The notes under the pieces are model-generated. The model was given only the letters and a program-made list of their open reading frames with translations. It did not search any database and was not told where the DNA came from. The position numbers and the translations under genes were made by a program. Of a DNA stretch of 64,000 bases, positions 48,755-58,635 are shown one piece after another (positions within the stretch are counted from its first letter, which is position 1; each line of letters starts with the position of its first letter). The DNA lies in IMG/VR virus record IMGVR_UViG_3300037047_000246; one strand, given 5' to 3'. The stretch is from a virus. Taxonomy: Duplodnaviria; Caudoviricetes.

Positions 48755-48991
48755 TTAGGAGTCGTGAACTTCTCGCAAGCGAACATTTCATGCTGATGCA
48801 AAGAACTTCGTCTTCTGCCCATCGTGGTGTGCGGTGCCGTGGCCGCAGCGCATGATGCACCTGGCTCCACCCCACACGGCCGCGTTGGCTTCGCACCGCA
48901 CTGCGTCGGATTCGGCGCGGATTCGCTCGAAGTATCCTTCCACCGAACGCTGGTATGCTTCCACTGTCTGGGCCCACTCGTCGGCAATCAC
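48755..48991 (-). pseudogene. tag-family ORF interrupted by one TGA
   Basis: ...KFFASA-TGA-NVRLREVHDS-TAA. Confidence 0.5.
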
Positions 48992-49435
48992 GCCAAGTCC
49001 ACTTGAATCATCGCTTGTGCGGCGTCCCATTGGGTCCTGACGATCTCTACGACGCTGGCGAATTGTCCCAGACAAAGTGAGGTCGCGTGCAGCCGGCACC
49101 TGGCCGCCACGTACGTCGTGCTCCCACAGTTGACAAGGAACCAGTGCCTGGCTTCGCATCCGCATGGTCCATCCTCCGGATTGCCATTCCAGTTGTCGCA
49201 CTCGTCGGGCGACGGATCCCGAGTCGTCTCACACTTGTCGTTCCACTCATTCAAATTCACTGCCTTGAGGCCATCCCGCGCTCCTTCTTCTTGCGGCGAG
49301 TCATCAGCCACCACACAAGCTTCGCCACCTGCCTGTCCGACATCCCATCCGTCCGCAGGCGCAGCCATCCCGCCAGCCGGCGCAAACCCACCAGGTTCAG
49401 ACGCTTGGCCTGGTTCAACTCCGATTTGGTCACCA

Positions 49436-49951
49436 TCAGGATGCATGAACCCCCGACACGACAACTTCATTGAACACTGTCTGAACATCTTCTGGCGTCA
49501 AGCCTTCGCGCATTGCCTCCGCCATCTGGTCACGCAGCCGGCGGTTAGCTCTGAAGCGAATTTTGGCGTGCAAATCTCTCGAAACGGCATCCCACACAAT
49601 TCCAGCAAAACTGGTCAGCGTGGGCCAGCGGCCGATAAGCTGGTCGCTGGCCAGGCCACTACTCGCCACCCAATCATTGTCAGTCCATGCGAGTGCCAAG
49701 AATTCCAAAATCCGCGCCTTCGGCCTATGCGCGTCGATAATCCCGCCGCTGATTGGCAAATTTCTGCCGCCGCTTGAGCAGCGATATGCGGCGAACTTCA
49801 TCATCACCAACCTAGATTCCAAGTCGAACTCGACGTCATGTACGTCGATACGAGCTTTGGCGCCGCCGTACAGACGATGGACTAGGTTGCACCTGTCGGT
49901 CAGCACCAGGGATGACTCAATGTCATCCAAGACTGCCTTGAGCTTCATCAT
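49436..49951 (-). CDS. hypothetical protein with extended tag (VHAS)
   Basis: Ends GLTPEDVQTVFNEVVVSGVHAS. Confidence 0.7.
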   Translation of the reverse strand: MMKLKAVLDDIESSLVLTDRCNLVHRLYGGAKARIDVHDVEFDLESRLVMMKFAAYRCSSGGRNLPISGGIIDAHRPKARILEFLALAWTDNDWVASSGLASDQLIGRWPTLTSFAGIVWDAVSRDLHAKIRFRANRRLRDQMAEAMREGLTPEDVQTVFNEVVVSGVHAS

Positions 49952-49965
49952 GTCGACCGTTACTT

Positions 49966-50196
49966 TTATGAATTTTGGACTTCCTCAATTATCAGCTCGT
50001 CCAAGGTCTTCTCAACTATCGGATAGCCTTTATTGACCCAGTTGGCCACAACCTCCAATGTCATTGCAGCAGCATGCTTGCGACACCTGGCCGATGTTCT
50101 TTTACCATCTCTGGACAGCATCTCGAACCACCGAGCAGCCGGCTTCCCGCACACTCCTCCTGCACCATCGCAGACCATCGGGATGCCCTTTTTCAT
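49966..50196 (-). CDS. small Zn-binding family protein with tag (VQNS)
   Basis: CGKPAARWF..ARCRKH..KTLDELIIEEVQNS. Confidence 0.7.
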   Translation of the reverse strand: MKKGIPMVCDGAGGVCGKPAARWFEMLSRDGKRTSARCRKHAAAMTLEVVANWVNKGYPIVEKTLDELIIEEVQNS

Positions 50197-50229
50197 GGTA
50201 TGGTCCTTGCCAATTTTAGGACAAGTTTT

Positions 50230-50260
50230 AACAATTTTAGCATACAGTTGTAAGCACGTG
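50230..50260 (-). promoter_or_regulatory. candidate sigma70-type promoter in an AT-rich intergenic gap
   Basis: Minus strand CTTACA-18-TAAAAC with TGn extension, upstream of ATG 50196; coordinates approximate. Confidence 0.3.
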
Positions 50261-50394
50261 CGGCGAAAATTTGCAAACGGGTCTGACTAAAATTTTGATC
50301 CTAACGCAATTTGCATGTTGCAACTGATTGGGGGATCAGTGCCATCATAATTCATCATGCAATGCCACTCTGGGTTACATGGCCATACATTAAC

Positions 50395-50937
50395 TCATGA
50401 TTCGTGAATGTGCATCACATCCAACATTGAGTCCACTTGTCGAGAAAACTCATCCCATTCTGGCCAATCTCGGTCCGGCACTTTGCTAGGACCCGACAGC
50501 AGCGATCGTTCGGACGGCAAAACTTTGCCAGAGCGCGGATCAACAGCGTCGCCCACTTCGGCACACGCCATATGCCATAGCCAACCCCGTTTTCTCGGAA
50601 TAAGCTTTGACTCAACTATGCCACTGCTGATTACACTGTCGACTATCCAGTCACCGCGCACGCGAGCAAATTGCCAAATGGGCGCTTCAGTTATCTGGTA
50701 GGGACGAAGCGGATCTGCCGACTGCAACCTTAGGAGCGCAGCCGTCTTGTCAGCAAAGGTCATGAAAAAGGTGGCTTCGCTGCCGCAGCATCGGACCAAA
50801 ATTTTCCAACAATCAAACGTCAGCTCGAGCATGGCGGACTGAGTCGAGGCCAAGTTCAAATTTTTGACTACCCTCAAGTTGACATTGGCACCGCCAACTG
50901 TCTCGTAAGCATGGAAGCCGGTTGCCCTTTTCATCAT
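50395..50937 (-). CDS. hypothetical protein with tag (IHES)
   Basis: Ends SMLDVMHIHES. Confidence 0.65.
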   Translation of the reverse strand: MMKRATGFHAYETVGGANVNLRVVKNLNLASTQSAMLELTFDCWKILVRCCGSEATFFMTFADKTAALLRLQSADPLRPYQITEAPIWQFARVRGDWIVDSVISSGIVESKLIPRKRGWLWHMACAEVGDAVDPRSGKVLPSERSLLSGPSKVPDRDWPEWDEFSRQVDSMLDVMHIHES

Positions 50938-51352
50938 CTCACTCCAGTTCGGCGCTGTTCTCTGACAACCCAGGCGCTTGCCCTAACGTCTCATTTCCTT
51001 CCAAGTGCTCTGCGCATCTCCAGGCGGTTCTCGCGTCCCACTGAGGCTTGTACCAACCCCACCCTTGCTCCACTGCATGCTGCGGATTTTCGCAGTTTCT
51101 CCTGCAGCTCCACACCACGCACCGAATCACTGTTTCTCTCATATTCAACACCAAGTTTGACTGCGCACCCGCCGCAAATGTAGTACAAATTCCCGTCGCC
51201 AGACGGGCAGCTATTGCGCACAAGCCACCCAGGAGGCGGCAGGTGCCAAAGCTTGCGCTTGACGAACGCAGTTTGCACGAACGCAGATGTGCGGCACTCG
51301 CAACATGCCACTCTTTCGGTTTTGGAACTCATCGAGACAAATTACGCCTGAG

Positions 51353-51604
51353 CTACTCGCTGTGCACTTCAATCACAGCAATGGCGTCCGGGCTAATTTC
51401 CTCCCACAGTATGTGCCGCGGCGGACTGTTTGGACCGCCAAAATGCCAGTTGCCGTCCCACAACCGCGTCATCATGTCAGCGCAGGAGCTGCAGTATTGC
51501 AAAATGTTGCGGTCGTCATGATTTGTGAGAAAGACGCGCGTGGCCTCCAATGCACACTGCGGACGGAAGCACTTCACAACAGATCCTTGGTGCAGCAAAT
51601 GCAC
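51353..51604 (-). CDS. small Zn-binding family protein with tag (VHSE)
   Basis: CFRPQC..YCSSC..EEISPDAIAVIEVHSE. Confidence 0.65.
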   Translation of the reverse strand: MHLLHQGSVVKCFRPQCALEATRVFLTNHDDRNILQYCSSCADMMTRLWDGNWHFGGPNSPPRHILWEEISPDAIAVIEVHSE

Positions 51605-51897
51605 CCCCTTCCTCCGCAGTCAGAACACTGCGGAGGAATGGTGACCGACGCGGCTGCCGGCCGAAGCTGGGCAGGATCTGCCTCGATTTGCACCGGGCCG
51701 GACCGTAGTGGGCACGACGCAGGAACGCAGTTTCTGTCAGGAGAGACGCTTTCGCTCAACCTACAGCCGCTCATGGGCGGGAATTCCACGCTGAACAGAC
51801 AAGGACACCCGACGCACGACTTAATGATTAGGTTCAATTTGCTGCTCCGACAAATCCTAAAGACGAAAGTCGTAAAACATCAGTGTACAGTCGGAAA

Positions 51898-52608
51898 ATG
51901 CCTAAATTCGCCGTGTTCAGCGATCTGCATCTTGACTTCCATCGCGATGGTGGTCGCGGGTTGATCCGTTCCTTGCCGAAGGAAGTGTGCTTGATGGCTG
52001 GAGATGCAAGCTCTGCCCCGATGCTGCTGGCTTCCTTAGCTTTAGCCTGCGAGCACTTCCCTCGACTCATTTACGTGAACGGGAACCATGATCTGTATGC
52101 GTCCAGTCCAACCGAGCTAGCCGAGGTGAGACGCATAGCCACAGAGCGACACCCAAACTTGTCGTGGCTGGAGCGAGGAACGTGCACGATTGACGGGACT
52201 CGCATCGTTGGCTCGACACTGTGGTTTCCGCCGTCTAACGCGCCAAGAAGCGGGCTGAATGACTTCTTCCAAATTCGGGACTTCGACCCCTGGGTGTGGC
52301 AAGAGCATGAGCGAGACATGAAGTTTCTCGAGGCCACGCTGAGGCCGGACGACGTGCTGCTTACGCACCATTTCCCGCTCCGGCAGTCAATTGCCCCAGC
52401 ATATGCCTCCTCGGCGCTGAACCCATTCTTCTGGGCCGGAGCCGACGCTGAGGAGCTCGTGCTCAAGCACATGCCGCGGCTGGTCATCCATGGCCACACG
52501 CACGACTGCATGTCGTACGAAGTTGGCTCTATGCGCATCGAGTGCAATCCTCACGGATACCCGAGCGAGAACCTAGCCTTCGACTTCTGCCGCATCGTCG
52601 AAACCTGA
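51898..52608 (+). CDS. calcineurin-like metallophosphoesterase
   Basis: SDLHLD, AGD, VNGNHD, LTHHFP, IHGHTH, CNPHGY; TACAGT 6 nt before the ATG. Confidence 0.92.
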   Translation: MPKFAVFSDLHLDFHRDGGRGLIRSLPKEVCLMAGDASSAPMLLASLALACEHFPRLIYVNGNHDLYASSPTELAEVRRIATERHPNLSWLERGTCTIDGTRIVGSTLWFPPSNAPRSGLNDFFQIRDFDPWVWQEHERDMKFLEATLRPDDVLLTHHFPLRQSIAPAYASSALNPFFWAGADAEELVLKHMPRLVIHGHTHDCMSYEVGSMRIECNPHGYPSENLAFDFCRIVET

Positions 52609-52609
52609 C

Positions 52610-52903
52610 TCACTCCGAGTGCACCAGCGCCACCAAGACCTCATCCCAAGTGAGTCGCAGCGGCCAATAGACCGAATCGTGCTCGGCGCAACGGGGATGA
52701 ATCCAGCCTGTAGAAGAGGACACGCACCAGACCACGGCTGGCGCGTCGCACGGCTGCGCCGGTCCGATGTTCTCCTTGCAAAACTGCAGGCCGAGATCAG
52801 TCAGAATCCCAGAGCTTATTTCTGGCACTGGCGCCTCTTGAGATTTGATTGGCGGACGAGACGAATGGCTCGCGTCACGACTCCTGCACACGCGCCACTT
52901 CAA
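52610..52903 (-). CDS. small Zn-binding family protein with tag (VHSE)
   Basis: PCDAPAV..PRCAEH..LTWDEVLVALVHSE; true start probably downstream of the track start. Confidence 0.6.
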   Translation of the reverse strand: MKWRVCRSRDASHSSRPPIKSQEAPVPEISSGILTDLGLQFCKENIGPAQPCDAPAVVWCVSSSTGWIHPRCAEHDSVYWPLRLTWDEVLVALVHSE

Positions 52904-53060
52904 GCCAGGCGTACTCGTCCAAATGCTCCTGGCACATCAGCAGACTTCCGACAAGAGAGTCGTCGGGGGCTTTGCCCATAGCCTCGCTCTCGCACTCGGC
53001 GACCGAGCACAAGCCCTGCTCCCGGTTTCTCGGGCTGAACACGCCCAGACAGGTTGCCAT
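52875..53060 (-). CDS. 61-aa Zn-binding protein with tag (VQES), paralogue of 56447-56632
   Basis: MATCLGVFSP..CSVAEC..MCQEHLDEYA..VQES; TAAGCT 5 nt before the ATG. Confidence 0.75.
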   Translation of the reverse strand: MATCLGVFSPRNREQGLCSVAECESEAMGKAPDDSLVGSLLMCQEHLDEYAWLEVARVQES

Positions 53061-53635
53061 GCGGGAGCTTACATTTCGAGAGCGCTGAGCGGCTTGGCCG
53101 GCGGCGGTACAGTTCTCGCGGAGCCGAACCCAGTCAGGAGCACTCCCTGCCATGAACGCATACGACCAAGCCAGCTACGCCCACGCAATCTCGGAGTTCG
53201 TGCGAAAGCTCAATGAAGTGGCGGCGCCCGTCGAGATTGGCCAGACCTGGGTCCGCATAGCGCCCTTGGACAAGGCGGACATAGGCGCGTGCGAGCGAGA
53301 CCCCAGGCTTTTGCCTTTCCTGCACGTCGGGTCCTTGGCCGAGATCGTCGACGCGGACGCGCGCTTCGTGCAGGTCCGGGTCGGAGGAGACTCGATCTTG
53401 CTGGAGCACGAGGTCTTTCTGCGGACGTTTGTGCGCGCTGCGGCCTCGCCGGATTGGGCGGCGCGGCCTCCTGCAGCGCGAGACGGAGCTGCTCTTGGGC
53501 GAGCAGGAGAGCCGCGGACAGCGCTTAATCCTTTCGACCAGCCGCGAAAGCTGTCTGAGCGGATCGAATAGAGCAGAGCGAATCAGGCACGCTGCGCTGG
53601 GCGGACAACGGCAATGGCGGAGCCATGTCCACCGC

Positions 53636-54049
53636 TCAAATTTTCTCCCAGACAGCCTTGATGCGGCCAGAGCACGTCTGGATGCCGTTCAAAAACACCG
53701 TCTTGCGCTCGATGGCGGTGCCGCTCTTCGCATCCCTGGTCCAAGAAGCCTGTCCGACAGTTCTGACCACGCCGCCGTTTGCTGCGGGGCACATGGTGTC
53801 GCATGAAGACATGCAGTTGTCTGCAGAGTAGTCGATCGGCCCGGTGCATCCAAGCGCCTTGATGCTTTCGGTGGTGGGCTGACTGCTCAAGCTGACGATT
53901 TCGTTTGCAGGAGCGGAGCAGGTGCCGTCTTGATAGGAGTATTTGACTTGGTAGGTGCCGCGCCGCTCGGCGCAAACGTCGAGGGAGTCTCCTTGCTCAG
54001 AGGAGCATCCGACCGACAAAGCCAAAATCAAAAGTGCGCAGAATTTCAT
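53636..54049 (-). CDS. Cys-rich lipoprotein
   Basis: LLILALSVG-C lipobox; GGAGG RBS; related to 62537-62986. Confidence 0.75.
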   Translation of the reverse strand: MKFCALLILALSVGCSSEQGDSLDVCAERRGTYQVKYSYQDGTCSAPANEIVSLSSQPTTESIKALGCTGPIDYSADNCMSSCDTMCPAANGGVVRTVGQASWTRDAKSGTAIERKTVFLNGIQTCSGRIKAVWEKI

Positions 54050-54142
54050 ATATCCTCCATTCCTAGGGGATTACGCCAAAAGCGGCAGCACTTCCACCTT
54101 CTACTAGCTGCTTGTTGATCAGTTTGGCCAGTACCTCATGGT

Positions 54143-54376
54143 TCATGGTCGTCTCCTTGTCCCGGCAGGCCTTGGTCGACCAGGTCGAGCGACTCCTGCC
54201 GGACCTGCTCGACCATCCGATGATGCAGCCATGACGTCCGCGCCGACAGCGTCACCCACCACGAAATCGTCACCTTCCCAAGCCGCATCTCTTATGCTGT
54301 TTGCGTAGTGCTCTTCGAATTCTGTCTGAGTCAAGTCAAGGTGCCCGGAAATAAACCAAGTCGTCATTGTAGTCAC
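54143..54376 (-). pseudogene. truncated SLOG/YspA-like protein
   Basis: WFISGHLDLTQTEFEEHY..FVVGDAVGADVMA, followed by low-complexity sequence. Confidence 0.55.
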
Positions 54377-54611
54377 TCACTGTCGTCATATTGCCGAGAT
54401 GCCCTAACCTCTCGGATGCGAAAGCGGTCAGGCAATAGAAATCGACTGAGTGACTCCAGAAAGCTCTTGACTTCGTAATCACTCGCGCCAACCGCAGGAT
54501 CGACTTCGAGCGTGAAGCTGACTTCATACTTGTCTTTTTCGGAGGCCATGAATGAGGTTACGCTCGATGCAGACGAGTTTACGCTATTCACTCACACGCC
54601 GCCAAACGGAC

Positions 54612-55274
54612 TTATCCGCTCATGATGTTGGTGATCATCCGCTGCCTGCAGGCTTCAGGGTCATGAACCTCGGAGCGCGCATGGCGCCGGGTCTTGCCGC
54701 TGCACCAGGGACATTCTCCCTTGGTGCGCCACTCAAACATCAGCCGACGTTTAGGGGCAGATGTGGCCGATCCTGAAACACGAGCTTGTGCCAACTGAAC
54801 ACTCTGGTTCCTGATGTAAGTGCCATCGTTCAACTTGAACAAATAACCTTGAGCAAGCAAATAGCTGAGCACGCCCGGTACGCTGTCCCTTCGGCCAAAG
54901 TCTTCAATCTTGGCTTTGCCGATACGCTCGAACACCTTGCGGACTCGGAGCAGCACATCGGGGTCCACCTGGGGCTTCGGGACGGGAGGCGGAGGCGGCG
55001 CGCTCGGGGCGCACCTGTACAATCGGCCATCTCGACGCAACCGCCCGTCGTGCACCATGCGCTGCAGGCAGTCGTCGACATCGTCGACGTGCTCGCCAAG
55101 AGCCTTCGCAATCTGCATCGGGTTGTGCGCTCGGTAACGCCAGTCGTACCCTTGAAACACGGCGTTACCGACGCGGATCAACAAATCAGGGCGAGCACGA
55201 CGCAGCGGAGGACGCTCAACACCAGATTTGTCTTCCGACTTATGCTCGCGGCGCCTGTCGCGGTTCTTGGCCAT
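54612..55274 (-). CDS. winged-helix-like protein with Zn knuckle and tag (IMSG)
   Basis: PMQIAKALGEHVDDVDDCLQRMVHDGRLRR; ECPWC..H..EACRQRMITNIMSG. Confidence 0.65.
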   Translation of the reverse strand: MAKNRDRRREHKSEDKSGVERPPLRRARPDLLIRVGNAVFQGYDWRYRAHNPMQIAKALGEHVDDVDDCLQRMVHDGRLRRDGRLYRCAPSAPPPPPVPKPQVDPDVLLRVRKVFERIGKAKIEDFGRRDSVPGVLSYLLAQGYLFKLNDGTYIRNQSVQLAQARVSGSATSAPKRRLMFEWRTKGECPWCSGKTRRHARSEVHDPEACRQRMITNIMSG

Positions 55275-56243
55275 TTGCTCCTTCAGAGGAAATCATCCTC
55301 GTCACTGCTCCATTACGTCAGCCGTGTTGGAGTCAGCTGAGTAATCCGCCCACAACTGATGCTGCGCGAAGCTATCGGCCTCGATGCGGTAGACCACATC
55401 GGCGAATCTCGGATCTTTGCTCACGCTAGGGATTACGCGCAAGGTAGCCGAATCTCCGGTCTATCGGCGAGCGCCGACAAGGCCGTGGTAGTGCTTCTTG
55501 GCCTCGGCTGCGGCCGACACGCCCTTCTCCATCTTCTCGATGTAGTCGAACGCGATGGTCAGGGCCCGGATCAGCTGCTTACGCGACAGCATCGGCGAGC
55601 TTATGGGCACGACGTGCCCCATGCTCGAGGCGCAAATTTCGTACTTGGACGGCTTGTCGTCGACCTCGCACGATGAGTCCATCACCTGTAGGACGCCGTC
55701 GATGGTGCGCAAGTGCTTGATCAGCTCGGTCAGAAAACCCTCGCCGTCCTTGTCTTCGCCGAGGAGCTTCTTGCTAATGACGAGTCCGAAAGAGATGTGG
55801 GCGGGCGTTGTTGAATAGCTCATGTCCGGAGATTACATCTAGCCTACGACTCGTCAGACTCTTCATGCAGACATTTATACCGAAGTTCATAACCTCGTCT
55901 CTGGCTTAGTTTGCTCCACTCTGGAAGCGGGCGGCTGTTGTCCCAACCGTCAATTTCAAAACGTCCCTTGCAGTCGGCACGCATTGCCTCCTGGCACTCG
56001 ACAGAGGGGCATCGGCACATCATCGTGAACCACATGGTGCCGTCCGGAGACACCTCTGCCCGCGTTATTTTGGCGGACCCGTAATCTGGCGCTTCCACGC
56101 CGATGCTTGAGACTGCTGCGCATCCAGCGCAGACAGACAAGGCAAGATGCAACGTCACGATTATAACGGCATAAGCGCTGCCGCGCTGACGTATGTTGTC
56201 GCAGTGCACTGGTCTCGCTCCCATGGCCTCAGCACAGACCCCG

Positions 56244-56450
56244 TTACTCTTCCATGACCGCCTTCACTTGCCTCTCGTCGCAGTCAGTCAGTTCGTATTC
56301 GCCCAGTTTGTAGATGGTTTCTCGAATTGTGCCAGAGATGCTGGTCAGCTTCAAGCCACACTTGGCACATGCGAAGTTCCTGCCAATGAGCTGCCAACGG
56401 TGCGGGGCAGTTTTAAGCTGCGTCTGAGTATTTGTGCGTCTAGCGTTCAC
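56244..56450 (-). CDS. Zn-ribbon protein with tag (VMEE)
   Basis: HRW..FACAKCG..TDCDERQVKAVMEE; GTGA-coupled. Confidence 0.65.
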   Translation of the reverse strand: MNARRTNTQTQLKTAPHRWQLIGRNFACAKCGLKLTSISGTIRETIYKLGEYELTDCDERQVKAVMEE

Positions 56451-56632
56451 GACTCCTGCACCAGTTCAACCTCAGTTTCAGCGTACTCGTCCAAGTGCTC
56501 TCGACATAGCATCATTCCGTCTACTGGAGAGCCGCAAGACAACGCTCCGGCGATCTCCCCGTCGCATTCTGCCACCGAGCAAACACCGCGAGTGATGTTG
56601 GAAGGACTAAACACTCCAATAAATCGCGCCAT
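56447..56632 (-). CDS. 61-aa Zn-binding protein with tag (VQES)
   Basis: MARFIGVFSP..CSVAEC..LCREHLDEYA..VQES; TAAGAT 5 nt before the ATG. Confidence 0.75.
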   Translation of the reverse strand: MARFIGVFSPSNITRGVCSVAECDGEIAGALSCGSPVDGMMLCREHLDEYAETEVELVQES

Positions 56633-57395
56633 GCTAAATCTTACATTCCGGCTCGCGATCCAAAGAAGCTTCATCCTCGGTGATCGGAGCTACTTCACAG
56701 CGCAGCAGCGCGTTCTTCACCCACCCCATGAACTGTCCGTTGTGCTCAAGCTGCAAGAGCGTGAATTCGGGCCCCAGCGGCAGCAACGGCCCGCTTGTGT
56801 GCATGCGGGTTGTTATAATGAGCTGCCTCGGCGCGGTGATACGCGTCTGGCGATAACCTGGTGCCTAGACAACTGCGTCCGATACGCTCTCCCACTTGCC
56901 TCTCTGACAACGAGCTTTGGTGCTTGACCAAATCCGTACTTCAAGTTACGCCGGACTTGCGCCCCAGCAGAGAGCGCGCCGACTCGGCGGCCCGGCGCTC
57001 GACAGTTCGGATCTCCATCGTCACGACCTCCCAGCTGGTCGGAATGCGCATCTTAGGGTGATATCTGTTGCCGCGCTCAAGCATCAGCAGGTGGGCCCGC
57101 ACTTCCGCCCTGGTCTTCCAGACTTTTCCGACCGGGTTGAACCTAGGGCCCTACCCGCCCGTGGAATACAATCCGGTCTTGCTGTCCCGGATCTTGAGCC
57201 CTATGTCGGACAGGCAGCTGTCGATGTCGCAGGTGGCCAGCAGCCTCCCAGCGAGCGCTATCAGCTGCCTGTCGTGGTCGTGCGATTCCCAATCCTTGAT
57301 GAGCCATTTGCGCGCTTCGGCCAGCTGCTTATCCGACAGCGGACCCTTGCGCTTCACCAAGTCTTCAAGCTTCGCGGGCATGCAGCGGCGTGTGC

Positions 57396-57701
57396 TCACG
57401 GCACCACTTCCCAGTCGGTCGCGAGCAGCTCTTCGGTCGAGGGCGTCCAGCCGACGTCAATGGCACCACTGACGTGCGCCATGGCGACGAACCGGCAGTC
57501 GTCACCCGACATGCTCGTGCCAGGCCCGGCTTCCGCCACCACGTTTGGCGAGCAGCTTGCGAGAAACAGGTAGCGGCTGCCGTTCCAGGACTTGCGGCTG
57601 ACCCGCCCGCCTTTGCGCAGCCACGCCAGAGCGAAACTGAAGCTGCCAGTCGGCATGCCAGAGCTTTCAATCGCAGCCTGCCTGATTTCTTTACAGCTCA
57701 T
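57396..57701 (-). CDS. DUF2829/Tad2-like protein (candidate Thoeris anti-defence sponge)
   Basis: FSFALAWLRKGGRVSRKSWNG..YLFL..WTPSTEELLATDWEVV. Confidence 0.8.
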   Translation of the reverse strand: MSCKEIRQAAIESSGMPTGSFSFALAWLRKGGRVSRKSWNGSRYLFLASCSPNVVAEAGPGTSMSGDDCRFVAMAHVSGAIDVGWTPSTEELLATDWEVVP

Positions 57702-57999
57702 GAATTTTCTCGCACTCGAACTCGTTTATCACCGGAAGGTCCAGCTCGCGCACCGTCCCAAGGAACGGCGAACGCGGTGCCCTGGGATGCCCGCTCAGTG
57801 CCCACCACGAAAAACTCCCCGGTCGGACGCTAGGCACTGGCGACACTGAGGCGGAAGCTTCTGTGACGACATTGAACACTTTTGTTCTGTTGTTGAGCAC
57901 TGGGATCACCGTGCCATGATCTTTTTTGAAGTCATGAGTGACGCACAAAGTAGCCGCACGCGTGTTCGGGTGTGTTTCGGTCGGGGTACTGGCACGTGT

Positions 58000-58305
58000 T
58001 CATCGCGCCTCCTTATTGTTGGTCCGCCGGGCGATCTCCATGCCCTTGGCGAGCGACCAGTTTATTGGGACGGTCAGGTCGAAGTCGTCCTCCTCGAGCC
58101 GGCGCCCGAGCCGGGATTCCAGGCAATCGAAGCACAGCTCGACGTGTTTCAACGCATCGTCCTTTGTGCCCTTGTGTTGCGCCACGACTTGCCGTTTGAT
58201 ATGCGGGTAGTCTGGGAACGCTTGTGACCACACGTGCTGGCGAACCATATAACTTGGAGATCGCCCGCCACAGTCCCAACATGCCAGCGGCCTACGTTTT
58301 TGCAT
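58000..58305 (-). CDS. CxxC Zn-binding hypothetical protein
   Basis: CWDCG..YMVRQHVW..LCFDCLESRLGRRL. Confidence 0.65.
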   Translation of the reverse strand: MQKRRPLACWDCGGRSPSYMVRQHVWSQAFPDYPHIKRQVVAQHKGTKDDALKHVELCFDCLESRLGRRLEEDDFDLTVPINWSLAKGMEIARRTNNKEAR

Positions 58306-58416
58306 TGCCCGACCTCAGTGATGTCGAAGCGCTGCAAGCAGCGCTTGCATCCGAGCTTGTTGAACCAGTCGTAGCCTTCGTCATCAATCCAGTTGGGTAT
58401 TTGCGGCTCCCGCAGT

Positions 58417-58635
58417 TTACAGCGAATGCACCTCGGCCGCCTCGGCCTCGGCTCGCGTGCACTCGCACTCGACGATGGACACGTTTTGCCAAGTCCCATT
58501 CCGAATAGATTGCCAGCAAGCGGCGCACACGGCGACCGGCGCGCTGCTTCCGTCGGGAAAAATTGCCCAGCGCTCGGGCGCGCCGTGCGAGCCGTCGTCC
58601 CACTCGCAGCGATCGAGCGACCGGCGCGCAGTCAC
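58417..58635 (-). CDS. small Zn-binding family protein with tag (VHSL)
   Basis: RCEW..VCAAC..CTRAEAEAAEVHSL. Confidence 0.6.
   Translation of the reverse strand: MTARRSLDRCEWDDGSHGAPERWAIFPDGSSAPVAVCAACWQSIRNGTWQNVSIVECECTRAEAEAAEVHSL

Noticed and set aside
12918-48991. Stop-codon reassignment (TAG or TGA recoding)
   Set aside because: All long enzyme and fibre genes are open in the standard code, all three stops terminate genes, and no suppressor tRNA was found; the internal stops are few and of mixed type.
54120-54235. A second inversion mediated by GTCATGGC/GCCATGAC in the SLOG-like gene
   Set aside because: The antisense reads DDAAMT like the family motif, but no partner repeat or missing middle segment was found nearby; treated as coincidence.
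4302-55323. GACGTAA / GGCTGACGTAA upstream of several minus-strand genes (4302, 17807, 30013, 55313) as a separate ECF-type promoter
   Set aside because: No shared -35 element and variable distance to the starts; probably a subset of the YGTAAnnT -10 class already reported.
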